Below, one piece after another: positions 23,501 to 37,360 of a stretch of DNA of 64,000 bases. How positions within the stretch are numbered: position 1 is the first letter of the stretch; the number at the start of each line of letters is the position of its first letter. The translations under genes and the position numbers were made by a program. The notes beneath the pieces are model-generated. The model did not search any database. It saw only the letters and a list, made by a program, of their open reading frames with translations, and was not told where the DNA came from. The DNA is from Eledone cirrhosa (taxonomy: Eukaryota): the NCBI GenBank assembly GCA_964016885.1, contig OZ024758.1:23436001-23500000 (forward strand). Reading direction: 5' to 3'.

Positions 23501-26500
23501 CTTTAATGTAGTTCTCAGGGAGATTCAGCAGGACACAGAATGTGACAAGGCTGGCCCTTTCAGTCAACGGAACAGCCTACTCGTGAAATTAACCTATAGG
23601 TGGCTGAGTATTCCACAGACACGCATACCTTTAATGTAGTTCTCAGGGAGATTCAGCAGGACACAGAATGTGACAAGGCTGGCCCTTTCAGTCAACGGAA
23701 CAGCCTACTCGTGAAATTAACATATAGGTGGTTGAGTATTCCACAGACACGCATACCTTTAATGTAGTTCTCAGGGAGATTCAGCAGGACACAGAATGTG
23801 ACAAGGCTGGCCCTTTCAGTCAACGGAACAGCCTACTCGTGAAATTAACATATAGGTGGCTGAGTATTCCACAGACACGCATACCTTTAATGTAGTTCTC
23901 AGGGAGATTCAGCAGGACACAGAATGTGACAAGGCTGGCCCTTTCAGTCAACGGAACAGCCTACTCGTGAAATTAACCTATAGGTGGCTGAGTATTCCAC
24001 AGACACGCATACCTTTAATGTAGTTCTCAGGGAGATTCAGCAGGACACAGAATGTGACAAGGCTGGCCCTTTCAGTCAACGGAACAGCCTACTCGTGAAA
24101 TTAACATATAGGTGGCTGAGTATTCCACAGACACGCATACCTTTAATGTAGTTCTCAGGGAGATTCAGCAGGACACAGAATGTGACAAGGCTGGCCCTTT
24201 CAGTCAACGGAACAGCCTACTCGTGAAATTAACATATAGGTGGTTGAGTATTCCACAGACACGCATACCTTTAATGTAGTTCTCAGGGAGATTCAGCAGG
24301 ACACAGAATGTGACAAGGCTGGCCCTTTCAGTCAACGGAACAGCCTACTCGTGAAATTAACCTATAGGTGGCTGAGTATTCCACAGACACGCATACCTTT
24401 AATGTAGTTCTCAGGGAGATTCAGCAGGACACAGAATGTGACAAGGCTGGCCCTTTCAGTCAACGGAACAGCCTACTCGTGAAATTAACATATAGGTGGC
24501 TGAGTATTCCACAGACACGCATACCTTTAATGTAGTTCTCAGGGAGATTCAGCAGGACACAGAATGTGACAAGGCTGGCCCTTTCAGTCAACGGAACAGC
24601 CTACTCGTGAAATTAACATATAGGTGGCTGAGTATTCCACAGACACGCATACCTTTAATGTAGTTCTCAGGGAGATTCAGCAGGACACAGAATGTGACAA
24701 GGCTGGCCCTTTCAGTCAACGGAACAGCCTACTCGTGAAATTAGCATATAGGTGGCTGAGTATTCCACAGACACGCATACCTTTAATGTAGTTCTCAGGG
24801 AGATTCAGCAGGACACAGAATGTGACAAGGCTGGCCCTTTCAGTCAACGGAACAGCCTACTCGTGAAATTAACATATAGGTGGCTGAGTATTCCACAGAC
24901 ACGCATACCTTTAATGTAGTTCTCAGGGAGATTCAGCAGGACACAGAATGTGACAAGGCTGGCCCTTTCAGTCAACGGAACAGCCTACTCGTGAAATATT
25001 AACATATAGGTGGCTGAGTATTCCACAGACACGCATACCTTTAATGTAGTTCTCAGGGAGATTCAGCAGGACACAGAATGTGACAAGGCTGGCCCTTTCA
25101 GTCAACGGAACAGCCTACTCGTGAAATTAACATATAGGTGGCTGAGTATTCCACAGACACGCATACCTTTAATGTAGTTCTCAGGGAGATTCAGCAGGAC
25201 ACAGAATGTGACAAGGCTGGCCCTTTCAGTCAACGGAACAGCCTACTCGTGAAATATTAACATATAGGTGGCTGAGTATTCCACAGACACGCATACCTTT
25301 AATGTAGTTCTCAGGGAGATTCAGCAGGACACAGAATGTGACAAGGCTGGCCCTTTCAGTCAACGGAACAGCCTACTCGTGAAATTAACATATAGGTGGC
25401 TGAGTATTCCACAGACACGCATACCTTTAATGTAGTTCTCAGGGAGATTCAGCAGGACACAGAATGTGACAAGGCTGGCCCTTTCAGTCAACGGAACAGC
25501 CTACTCGTGAAATTAGCATATAGGTGGCTGAGTATTCCACAGACACGCATACCTTTAATGTAGTTCTCAGGGAGATTCAGCAGGACACAGAATGTGACAA
25601 GGCTGGCCCTTTCAGTCAACGGAACAGCCTACTCGTGAAATATTAACATATAGGTGGCTGAGTATTCCACAGACACGCATACCTTTAATCTAGTTCTCAG
25701 GGAGATTCAGCAGGACACAGAATGTGACAAGGCTGGCCCTTTCAGTCAACGGAACAGCCTACTCGTGAAATTAACATATAGGTGGCTGAGTATTCCACAG
25801 ACACACATACCTTTAATGTAGTTCTCAGGGAGATTCAGCGGGACACAGAATGTGACAAGGCTGGCCCTTTCAGTCAAAGGAACAGCCTACTCATGAAATT
25901 AACATATAGGTGGCTGAGTATTCCACAGACACGCATACCTTTAATGTAGTTCTCAGGGAGATTCAGCAGGACACAGAATGTGACAAGGCTGGCCCTTTCA
26001 GTCAAAGGAACAGCCTACTCGTGAAATTAACATATAGGTGGCTGAGTATTCCACAGACACGCATACCTTTAATGTAGTTCTCAGGGAGATTCAGCAGGAC
26101 ACAGAATGTGACAAGGCTGGCCCTTTCAGTCAACGGAACAGCCTACTCGTGAAATTAACATATAGGTGGCTGAGTATTCCACAGACACGCATACCTTTAA
26201 TGTAGTTCTCAGGGAGATTCAGCAGGACACAGAATGTGACAAGACTGGCCCTTTCAGTCAACGGAACAGCCTACTCGTGAAATTAACCTATAGGTGGCTG
26301 AGTATTCCACAGACACGCATACCTTTAATGTAGTTCTCAGGGAGATTCAGCAGGACACAGAATGTGACAAGGCTGGCCCTTTCAGTCAAAGGAACAGCCT
26401 ACTCGTGAAATTAACATATAGGTGGCTGAGTATTCCACAGACACGCATACCTTTAATGTAGTTCTCAGGGAGATTCAGCAGGACACAGAATGTGACAAGG

Positions 26501-29500
26501 CTGGCCCTTTCAGTCAACGGAACAGCCTACTCGTGAAATTAACCTATAGGTGGCTGAGTATTCCACAGACACGCATACCTTTAATGTAGTTCTCAGGGAG
26601 ATTCAGCAGGACACAGAATGTGACAAGGCTGGCCCTTTCAGTCAAAGGAACAGCCTACTCATGAAATTAACATATAGGTGGCTGAGTATTCCACAGACAC
26701 GCATACCTTTAATGTAGTTCTCAGGGAGATTCAGCAGGACACAGAATGTGACAAGGCTGGCCCTTTCAGTCAACAGAACAGCCTACTCGTGAAATTAACA
26801 TATAGGTGGTTGAGTATTCCACAGACACGCATACCTTTAATGTAGTTCTCAGGGAGATTCAGCAGGACACAGAATGTGACAAGGCTGGCCCTTTCAGTCA
26901 AAGGAACAGCCTACTCATGAAATTAACATATAGGTGGCTGAGTATTCCACAGACACGCATACCTTTAATGTAGTTCTCAGGGAGATTCAGCAGGACACAG
27001 AATGTGACAAGGCTGGCCCTTTCAGTCAACAGAACAGCCTACTCGTGAAATTAACATATAGGTGGTTGAGTATTCCACAGACACGCATACCTTTAATGTA
27101 GTTCTCAGGGAGATTCAGCAGGACACAGAATGTGACAAGGCTGGCCCTTTCAGTCAACAGAACAGCCTACTCGTGAAATTAACATATAGGTGGTTGAGTA
27201 TTCCACAGACACGCATACCTTTAATGTAGTTCTCAGGGAGATTCAGCAGGACACAGAATGTGACAAGGCTGGCCCTTTCAGTCAAAGGAACAGCCTACTC
27301 ATGAAATTAACATATAGGTGGCTGAGTATTCCACAGACACGCATACCTTTAATGTAGTTCTCAGGGAGATTCAGCAGGACACAGAATGTGACAAGGCTGG
27401 CCCTTTCAGTCAAAGGAACAGCCTACTCGTGAAATTAACATATAGGTGGCTGAGTATTCCACAGACACGCATACCTTTAATGTAGTTCTCAGGGAGATTC
27501 AGCAGGACACAGAATGTGACAAGGCTGGCCCTTTCAGTCAACGGAACAGCCTACTCGTGAAATTAACATATAGGTGGCTGAGTATTCCACAGACACGCAT
27601 ACCTTTAATGTAGTTCTCAGGGAGATTCAGCAGGACACAGAATGTGACAAGGCTGGCCCTTTCAGTCAACGGAACAGCCTACTCGTGAAATTAACCTATA
27701 GGTGGCTGAGTATTCCACAGACACGCATACCTTTAATGTAGTTCTCAGGGAGATTCAGCAGGACACAGAATGTGACAAGGCTGGCCCTTTCAGTCAAAGG
27801 AACAGCCTACTCGTGAAATTAACATATAGGTGGCTGAGTATTCCACAGACACGCATACCTTTAATGTAGTTCTCAGGGAGATTCAGCAGGACACAGAATG
27901 TGACAAGGCTGGCCCTTTCAGTCAACGGAACAGCCTACTCGTGAAATTAACCTATAGGTGGCTGAGTATTCCACAGACACGCATACCTTTAATGTAGTTC
28001 TCAGGGAGATTCAGCAGGACACAGAATGTGACAAGGCTGGCCCTTTCAGTCAACGGAACAGCCTACTCGTGAAATTAACATATAGGTGGTTGAGTATTCC
28101 ACAGACACGCATACCTTTAATGTAGTTCTCAGGGAGATTCAGCAGGACACAGAATGTGACAAGGCTGGCCCTTTCAGTCAACGGAACAGCCTACTCGTGA
28201 AATTAACATATAGGTGGCTGAGTATTCCACAGACACGCATACCTTTAATGTAGTTCTCAGGGAGATTCAGCAGGACACAGAATGTGACAAGGCTGGCCCT
28301 TTCAGTCAACGGAACAGCCTACTCGTGAAATTAACCTATAGGTGGCTGAGTATTCCACAGACACGCATACCTTTAATGTAGTTCTCAGGGAGATTCAGCA
28401 GGACACAGAATGTGACAAGGCTGGCCCTTTCAGTCAACGGAACAGCCTACTCGTGAAATTAACATATAGGTGGCTGAGTATTCCACAGACACGCATACCT
28501 TTAATGTAGTTCTCAGGGAGATTCAGCAGGACACAGAATGTGACAAGGCTGGCCCTTTCAGTCAACGGAACAGCCTACTCGTGAAATTAACATATAGGTG
28601 GTTGAGTATTCCACAGACACGCATACCTTTAATGTAGTTCTCAGGGAGATTCAGCAGGACACAGAATGTGACAAGGCTGGCCCTTTCAGTCAACGGAACA
28701 GCCTACTCGTGAAATTAACCTATAGGTGGCTGAGTATTCCACAGACACGCATACCTTTAATGTAGTTCTCAGGGAGATTCAGCAGGACACAGAATGTGAC
28801 AAGGCTGGCCCTTTCAGTCAACGGAACAGCCTACTCGTGAAATTAACATATAGGTGGCTGAGTATTCCACAGACACGCATACCTTTAATGTAGTTCTCAG
28901 GGAGATTCAGCAGGACACAGAATGTGACAAGGCTGGCCCTTTCAGTCAACGGAACAGCCTACTCGTGAAATTAACATATAGGTGGCTGAGTATTCCACAG
29001 ACACGCATACCTTTAATGTAGTTCTCAGGGAGATTCAGCAGGACACAGAATGTGACAAGGCTGGCCCTTTCAGTCAACGGAACAGCCTACTCGTGAAATT
29101 AGCATATAGGTGGCTGAGTATTCCACAGACACGCATACCTTTAATGTAGTTCTCAGGGAGATTCAGCAGGACACAGAATGTGACAAGGCTGGCCCTTTCA
29201 GTCAACGGAACAGCCTACTCGTGAAATTAACATATAGGTGGCTGAGTATTCCACAGACACGCATACCTTTAATGTAGTTCTCAGGGAGATTCAGCAGGAC
29301 ACAGAATGTGACAAGGCTGGCCCTTTCAGTCAACGGAACAGCCTACTCGTGAAATATTAACATATAGGTGGCTGAGTATTCCACAGACACGCATACCTTT
29401 AATGTAGTTCTCAGGGAGATTCAGCAGGACACAGAATGTGACAAGGCTGGCCCTTTCAGTCAACGGAACAGCCTACTCGTGAAATTAACATATAGGTGGC

Positions 29501-32500
29501 TGAGTATTCCACAGACACGCATACCTTTAATGTAGTTCTCAGGGAGATTCAGCAGGACACAGAATGTGACAAGGCTGGCCCTTTCAGTCAACGGAACAGC
29601 CTACTCGTGAAATATTAACATATAGGTGGCTGAGTATTCCACAGACACGCATACCTTTAATGTAGTTCTCAGGGAGATTCAGCAGGACACAGAATGTGAC
29701 AAGGCTGGCCCTTTCAGTCAACGGAACAGCCTACTCGTGAAATTAACATATAGGTGGCTGAGTATTCCACAGACACGCATACCTTTAATGTAGTTCTCAG
29801 GGAGATTCAGCAGGACACAGCATGTGACAAGGCTGGCCCTTTCAGTCAACGGAACAGCCTACTCGTGAAATTAGCATATAGGTGGCTGAGTATTCCACAG
29901 ACACGCATACCTTTAATGTAGTTCTCAGGGAGATTCAGCAGGACACAGAATGTGACAAGGCTGGCCCTTTCAGTCAACGGAACAGCCTACTCGTGAAATA
30001 TTAACATATAGGTGGCTGAGTATTCCACAGACACGCATACCTTTAATCTAGTTCTCAGGGAGATTCAGCAGGACACAGAATGTGACAAGGCTGGCCCTTT
30101 CAGTCAACGGAACAGCCTACTCGTGAAATTAACATATAGGTGGCTGAGTATTCCACAGACACACATACCTTTAATGTAGTTCTCAGGGAGATTCAGCGGG
30201 ACACAGAATGTGACAAGGCTGGCCCTTTCAGTCAACGGAACAGCCTACTCGTGAAATTAACCTATAGGTGGCTGAGTATTCCACAGACACGCATACCTTT
30301 AATGTAGTTCTCAGGGAGATTCAGCAGGACACAGAATGTGACAAGGCTGGCCCTTTCAGTCAACGGAACAGCCTACTCGTGAAATTAACCTATAGGTGGC
30401 TGAGTATTCCACAGACACACATACCTTTAATGTAGTTCTCAGGGAGATTCAGCAGGACACAGATTGTGACAAGGCTGGCCCTTTCAGTCAACGGAACAGC
30501 CTACTCGTGAAATTAACCTATAGGTGGCTGAGTATTCCACAGACACGCATACCTTTAATGTAGTTCTCAGGGAGATTCAGCAGGACACAGATTGTGACAA
30601 GGCTGGCCCTTTCAGTCAACGGAACAGCCTACTCGTGAAATTAACCTATAGGTGGCTGAGTATTCCACAGACACGCATACCTTTAATGTAGTTCTCAGGG
30701 AGATTCAGCAGGACACAGATTGTGACAAGGCTGGCCCTTTCAGTCAACGGAACAGCCTACTCGTGAAATTAACCTATAGGTGGCTGAGTATTCCACAGAC
30801 ACGCATACCTTTAATGTAGTTCTCAGGGAGATTCAGCAGGACACAGAATGTGACAAGGCTGGCCCTTTCAGTCAACGGAACAGCCTACTCGTGAAATTAA
30901 CATATAGGTGGCTGAGTATTCCACAGACACGCATACCTTTAATGTAGTTCTCAGGGAGATTCAGCAGGACACAGAATGTGACAAGGCTGGCCCTTTCAGT
31001 CAACGGAACAGCCTACTCGTGAAATTAACCTATAGGTGGCTGAGTATTCCACAGACACGCATACCTTTAATGTAGTTCTCAGGGAGATTCAGCAAGACAC
31101 AGAATGTGACAAGGCTGGCCCTTTCAGTCAACGGAACAGCCTACTCGTGAAATTAATATATAGGTGGCTGAGTATTCCACAGACACGCATACCTTTAATG
31201 TAGTTCTCAGGGAGATTCAGCAGGACACAGAATGTGACAAGGCTGGCCCTTTCAGTCAACGGAACAGCCTACTCGTGAAATTAACCTATAGGTGGCTGAG
31301 TATTCCACAGACACGCATACCTTTAATGTAGTTCTCAGGGAGATTCAGCAGGACACAGAATGTGACAAGGCTGGCCCTTTCAGTCAACGGAACAGCCTAC
31401 TCGTGAAATTAACATATAGGTGGCTGAGTATTCCACAGACACGCATACCTTTAATGTAGTTCTCAGGGAGATTCAGCAGGACACAGAATGTGACAAGGCT
31501 GGCCCTTTCAGTCAAAGGAACAGCCTACTCATGAAATTAACATATAGGTGGCTGAGTATTCCACAGACACGCATACCTTTAATGTAGTTCTCAGGGAGAT
31601 TCAGCAGGACACAGATTGTGACAAGGCTGGCCCTTTCAGTCAACGGAACAGCCTAATCGTGAAATTAACCTATAGGTGGCTGAGTATTCCACAGACACGC
31701 ATACCTTTAATGTAGTTCTCAGGGAGATTCAGCAGGACACAGAATGTGACAAGGCTGGCCCTTTCAGTCAACGGAACAGCCTACTCGTGAAATTAACATA
31801 TAGGTGGCTGAGTATTCCACAGACACGCATACCTTTAATGTAGTTCTCAGGGAGATTCAGCAGGATACAGAATGTGACAAGGCTGGCCCTTTCAGTCAAA
31901 GGAACAGCCTACTCGTGAAATTAACCTATAGGTGGCTGAGTATTCCACAGACACGCATACCTTTAATGTAGTTCTCAGGGAGATTCAGCAGGATACAGAA
32001 TGTGACAAGGCTGGCCCTTTCAGTCAAAGGAACAGCCTACTCGTGAAATTAACATATAGGTGGCTGAGTATTCCACAGACACGCATACCTTTAATGTAGT
32101 TCTCAGGGAGATTCAGCAGGACACAGAATGTGACAAGGCTGGCCCTTTCAGTCAAAGGAACAGACTACTCATGAAATTAACATATAGGTGGCTGAGTATT
32201 CCACAGACACGCATACCTTTAATGTAGTTCTCAGGGAGATTCAGCAGGACACAGAATGTGACAAGGCTGGCCCTTTCAGTCAACGGAACAGCCTACTCGT
32301 GAAATTAACATATAGGTGGCTGAGTATTCCACAGACACGCATACCTTTAATGTAGTTCTCAGGGAGATTCAGCAGGACACAGATTGTGACAAGGCTGGCC
32401 CTTTCAGTCAACGGAACAGCCTACTCGTGAAATTAACCTATAGGTGGCTGAGTATTCCACAGACACGCATACCTTTAATGTAGTTCTCAGGGAGATTCAG

Positions 32501-35500
32501 CAGGACACAGAATGTGACAAGGCTGGCCCTTTCAGTCAACGGAACAGCCTACTCGTGAAATTAACCTATAGGTGGCTGAGTATTCCACAGACACGCATAC
32601 CTTTAATGTAGTTCTCAGGGAGATTCAGCAAGACACAGAATGTGACAAGGCTGGCCCTTTCAGTCAACAGAACAGCCTACTCGTGAAATTAACCTATAGG
32701 TGGTTGAGTATTCCACAGACACGCATACCTTTAATGTAGTTCTCAGGGAGATTCAGCAGGACACAGAATGTGACAAGGCTGGCCCTTTCAGTCAAAGGAA
32801 CAGCCTACTCATGAAATTAACATATAGGTGGCTGAGTATTCCACAGACACGCATACCTTTAATGTAGTTCTCAGGGAGATTCAGCAGGACACAGAATGTG
32901 ACAAGGCTGGCCCTTTCAGTCAAAGGAACAGCCTACTCGTGAAATTAACATATAGGTGGCTGAGTATTCCACAGACACGCATACCTTTAATGTAGTTCTC
33001 AGGGAGATTCAGCAGGACACAGAATGTGACAAGGCTGGCCCTTTCAGTCAACGGAACAGCCTACTCGTGAAATTAGCATATAGGTGGCTGAGTATTCCAC
33101 AGACACGCATACCTTTAATGTAGTTCTCAGGGAGATTCAGCAGGACACAGAATGTGACAAGGCTGGCCCTTTCAGTCAATGGAACAGCCTACTCGTGAAA
33201 TTAATATATAGGTGGCTGAGTATTCCACAGACACGCATACCTTTAATGTAGTTCTCAGGGAGATTCAGCAGGACACAGAATGTGACAAGGCTGGCCCTTT
33301 CAGTCAATGGAACAGCCTACTCGTGAAATTAATATATAGGTGGCTGAGTATTCCACAGACACGCATACCTTTAATGTAGTTCTCAGGGAGATTCAGCAGG
33401 ACACAGAATGTGACAAGGCTGGCCCTTTCAGTCAATGGAACAGCCTACTCGTGAAATTAATATATAGGTGGCTGAGTATTCCACAGACACGCATACCTTT
33501 AATGTAGTTCTCAGGGAGATTCAGCAGGACACAGAATGTGACAAGGCTGGCCCTTTCAGTCAATGGAACAGCCTACTCGTGAAATTAATATATAGGTGGC
33601 TGAGTATTCCACAGACACGCATACCTTTAATGTAGTTCTCAGGGAGATTCAGCAGGACACAGAATGTGACAAGGCTGGCCCTTTGAATTACAAGTACAAC
33701 TGACTTTTACCAGTTGACTAGATTGGAGCAGTATGAAATAAAGTGTCTTGCTCATGGACATATCGCACTGCGGGAATCAAACTCACAACCATACGATCAT
33801 TAGCCAAATACCCTAACCACAAAGCCACACACCTTCACTTTCAATGTACTACATGATATTTAACCCTTTAGCATTTACATTAGTCTATATATACTATTGT
33901 ATTTTCAGAGTAAAGGCTTTATCTCACATAATATCGAATCTACGAGATTTTGATGTTATTTATTTTTAGAACAATACCTTAACATCAGTATGAGCGGCTG
34001 GTTACAGTCGGTTTGAACAGAAAGAGGTGAGGGAATTATGGCCGGATATGGCCAGTTTAAATGCTAAAGGGTTAAGCCTTTTGTTTGCATATTTCTAAAA
34101 ATTTGACCCCTGGGGGTGTGTGGCCCTAAGCTATAGCTTATAGGTAAGTCCAGCTCTAGAAATGTATACCTATTGTTTACTATTGATAAACCTATTGTTT
34201 ACTATTGTTATACCTATTGTTTACTATTGATATACCTATTGTTTACTATTGATATACCTATAGTTTATTATTGATATACCTATAGTTTATTATTGATATG
34301 CCTATAGTTTACTATTGATATGCCTATAGTTTACTATTGTTGTGTTGCTCTCAATCTCAACATTTGTAAAATAATAGATACAATCCATTACTATAGTATA
34401 CTGATATATTGGATTCTATAGAATACAATCCATTACTATAGTATATTGATATTTTGGGTTCTATAGAATATTGATTCCATCATCATCATAATTGCCGTTT
34501 AACGTCCATTTTTCCATGTTTGCATGGGTCAGACGTGTTGCCTGTGTCGAGAGATAAGTCTGGCTAGGATTGGCCACACCTTACCTTGCTCCAACAGGAC
34601 TGTAAATTTGACCGGGGTTTTTACAGCTGGGTACCCTTCCTAACACCAATAAAAAGAATATTGATTTATAAAGTTGCTGTCAATTTTACTATCGACTTTT
34701 TAATCAACTTGTCATGACTAAATATTAGCAAGTAATATATATTTTTTCCCCAAAAAAATAATTCAGTTGTTACAACACTGTAGATATTTGTATCTATTTC
34801 ATTACCTTAGTTATACCCCTGCACAGCATTGGACTTGGCAGAGTTTAATGAGAAAGGACAGCAATGTGTTCAGCTGTGGTGGAATCACATCTAGCCAAGC
34901 TCTGTAACTAACACTCCTTGAGGACACTACAAGAAGAAGAAGCCTTAGTCACTCTGATATCATCTAACAATTATTAATTATTAACAATGTTTTCTTTGTC
35001 TTTCACTTAGTGATGAACCTGTAGCTGATATTGAAGGACATGCACCATACCGAGTGTCTAGATTGGCTTATCACCCTTCTGGAAGATTTCTTGGAACCTG
35101 TTGGTCAGTTATATACTCCCTTTTTTTTATTCTTTCTTTCTTGAGCCATCATCTCAGCACAGTCCCAGATTTGATTCTACTATACAACACTTTGAGAAAG
35201 TTTCTCCTAACATAACCTTGGTTCCACCACTGTCTTATGAGTTAAATAAAAAAAAAAACCAATGAACTGATGTATTCAAAATAAACTAATTTGTGCTCTT
35301 TATTCCTCAGTTTAAAAAGACACAGCCTTATCACTCTCTATTTGAAATGTATTTATCATGTAAGGGTAAAGACACCTTTTGGTCACGAATTACCATGGGA
35401 TTTGCACCTAGAAAGTTCCCCTCTGAGGCACAAGTCCAGGCAAAGTTGTTTGTAGAAGACCAGTAGTCGCCCATGTATTCCAGTCTCCCCTCTCCACGCC

Positions 35501-37314
35501 ACCGATGTTGTCCAAGGGAAAGGCAATGGCCGATACAGCTTGGCACCAGTGGCATTGCATTGCAACCCATTTCTACAGCTGAGTAAACTGGAGCAACGTG
35601 AAATAAAGTGTCTTGTTCAAGAACACAATGCAAAACCCGGTCTGAGAATCAAATTCACAGTCCCCAGATTGTAAGCCTACCGCTCTAACCACTAATCCAC
35701 ATGCCTTCACATGTAGATCAGCGACATTAGGGAGGTTGACATGTTAACGAATATGGTTTATATTCATGTGACTGAAAATGTACAGCAAGCTGGTGCTGAT
35801 GGTTACAGAAAAAAGAGGATTTTTGATAGATGAAATGTCATGGAAGATTGGAGATTGGTTCTGAGTTAGAGCAGAACAATACTAACATTAAGCCAAGGAT
35901 GTGAAGTCATGGAAGACTGGAGATTGGTTCTCAGTCAGAGCAGACCATGATACTAACATTAACCCTTTAGCATTTAAACCTGTTGTAGCCAGCCAGGATT
36001 CTCTCAGCTCTCTTTGTTCAAACCGCCTGTAACCAGCCACTCGTACATATGTTAAGGTATTGTTCTCAAAATAAATAATATAAAAATATCATAGATTCGA
36101 TATTGTGTGAGGTAAAGCCTTTACCACGAAAATATAATAGGAAATATAGAGTAATGTAAATGCTAAAGGGTTAAGCCAAGGATTATGTCACAGAAGACTA
36201 GAGATTAGTTCTCAGTCAGAGCAGACCATAATACTAACATTAAACCAAGGATGATAGTGTTTATTGTTGTACTTATTGCAGTTATATTGGTTTATCTGTT
36301 GTTGCAGTTTTGACAATTCCTGGCGACTCTGGGATCTGGAAGTACAGGAAGAAATTCTCCATCAGGAAGGACACAGTAAACCTGTCTACTGCATTGCTTT
36401 TCAGAAAGATGGTGCACTAGCAAGTACAGGGTGAGTGTAACAGTTGTCTTAAATCTTAGTTCTAACAAGTATTGGGTGAGTGTCAGAGTTGCCTTAACTT
36501 AAACCCTTGCTCTAGCAAGTAGAGGGTTAATGTGACTAACTGTTGCCCTAAACCCTTGCTCTAGCACAATCATGGGCAAACTGCGGCCTGTTTGGCTTTC
36601 TTAATGGCATGCCTAATTTCAAAATTGCTTCAAATATTTTAGTAGTGTGGCCCTCTGCTCTAGCAAGTAGAGGGTGAGTGTGAGAGTTGCCTTAAATCTT
36701 TGATCTAGAAGTAGAGGGTGAATGTGAGAATTGCCTTAAATCTTTGCTCTAACAAGTAGAGGGTGAATGTGAGAAATGCCTTAAATCTTTGCTCTAGAAG
36801 TAGACGGTGAGTGTGAGAGTTGCCTTAAATCTTTGCTCTAACAAGTAGACGGTGAGTGTGAGAGTTGCCTTAAATCTTTGCTGTAGTAAGTGCAGGGTGA
36901 GTGTGAAAGTTGTTTTAACTCTTTGCTCATGAAAATTTTTTTTATTTAATTTAATGTTTCTCTTCTTATTATTAATCTTCAGAGGACTTGATGCTTTTGG
37001 AAGAGTTTGGGATCTTCGAACTGGTCGATGTGTAATGTTTCTTGAAGGACATCTTAAGTCTGTGTTAGATATTGATTTCAACAGTGATGGGTAAGTACTC
37101 TACTTTGAAGTCAGTGTATAATTAATTAATTGTATTAAAGGCAGTGAATTGGCAGAGTCATTAGAACATCGGCTGGAATGCTTTGTGGCATTCCAGCTCT
37201 CTGCATTCTCTGAGTTCAAATCCTGCTAAAATCAACTTTGTCTTTTGTCTTTTTGAGGTCAATAAAAAATACCAGTCCAGTACTGGATCGATTCTTCTTT
37301 ATCTCTTTCTCACT

Positions 37315-37360
<46 letters not shown>

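Noticed and set aside
20871-33684. CRISPR array or ribozyme-containing (retrozyme) satellite
   Set aside because: There are no unique spacers. No CTGANGA...GAAA core occurs on either strand of the 128-bp unit (only CTGAGTA and CTGAGAA), and there is no long ORF.
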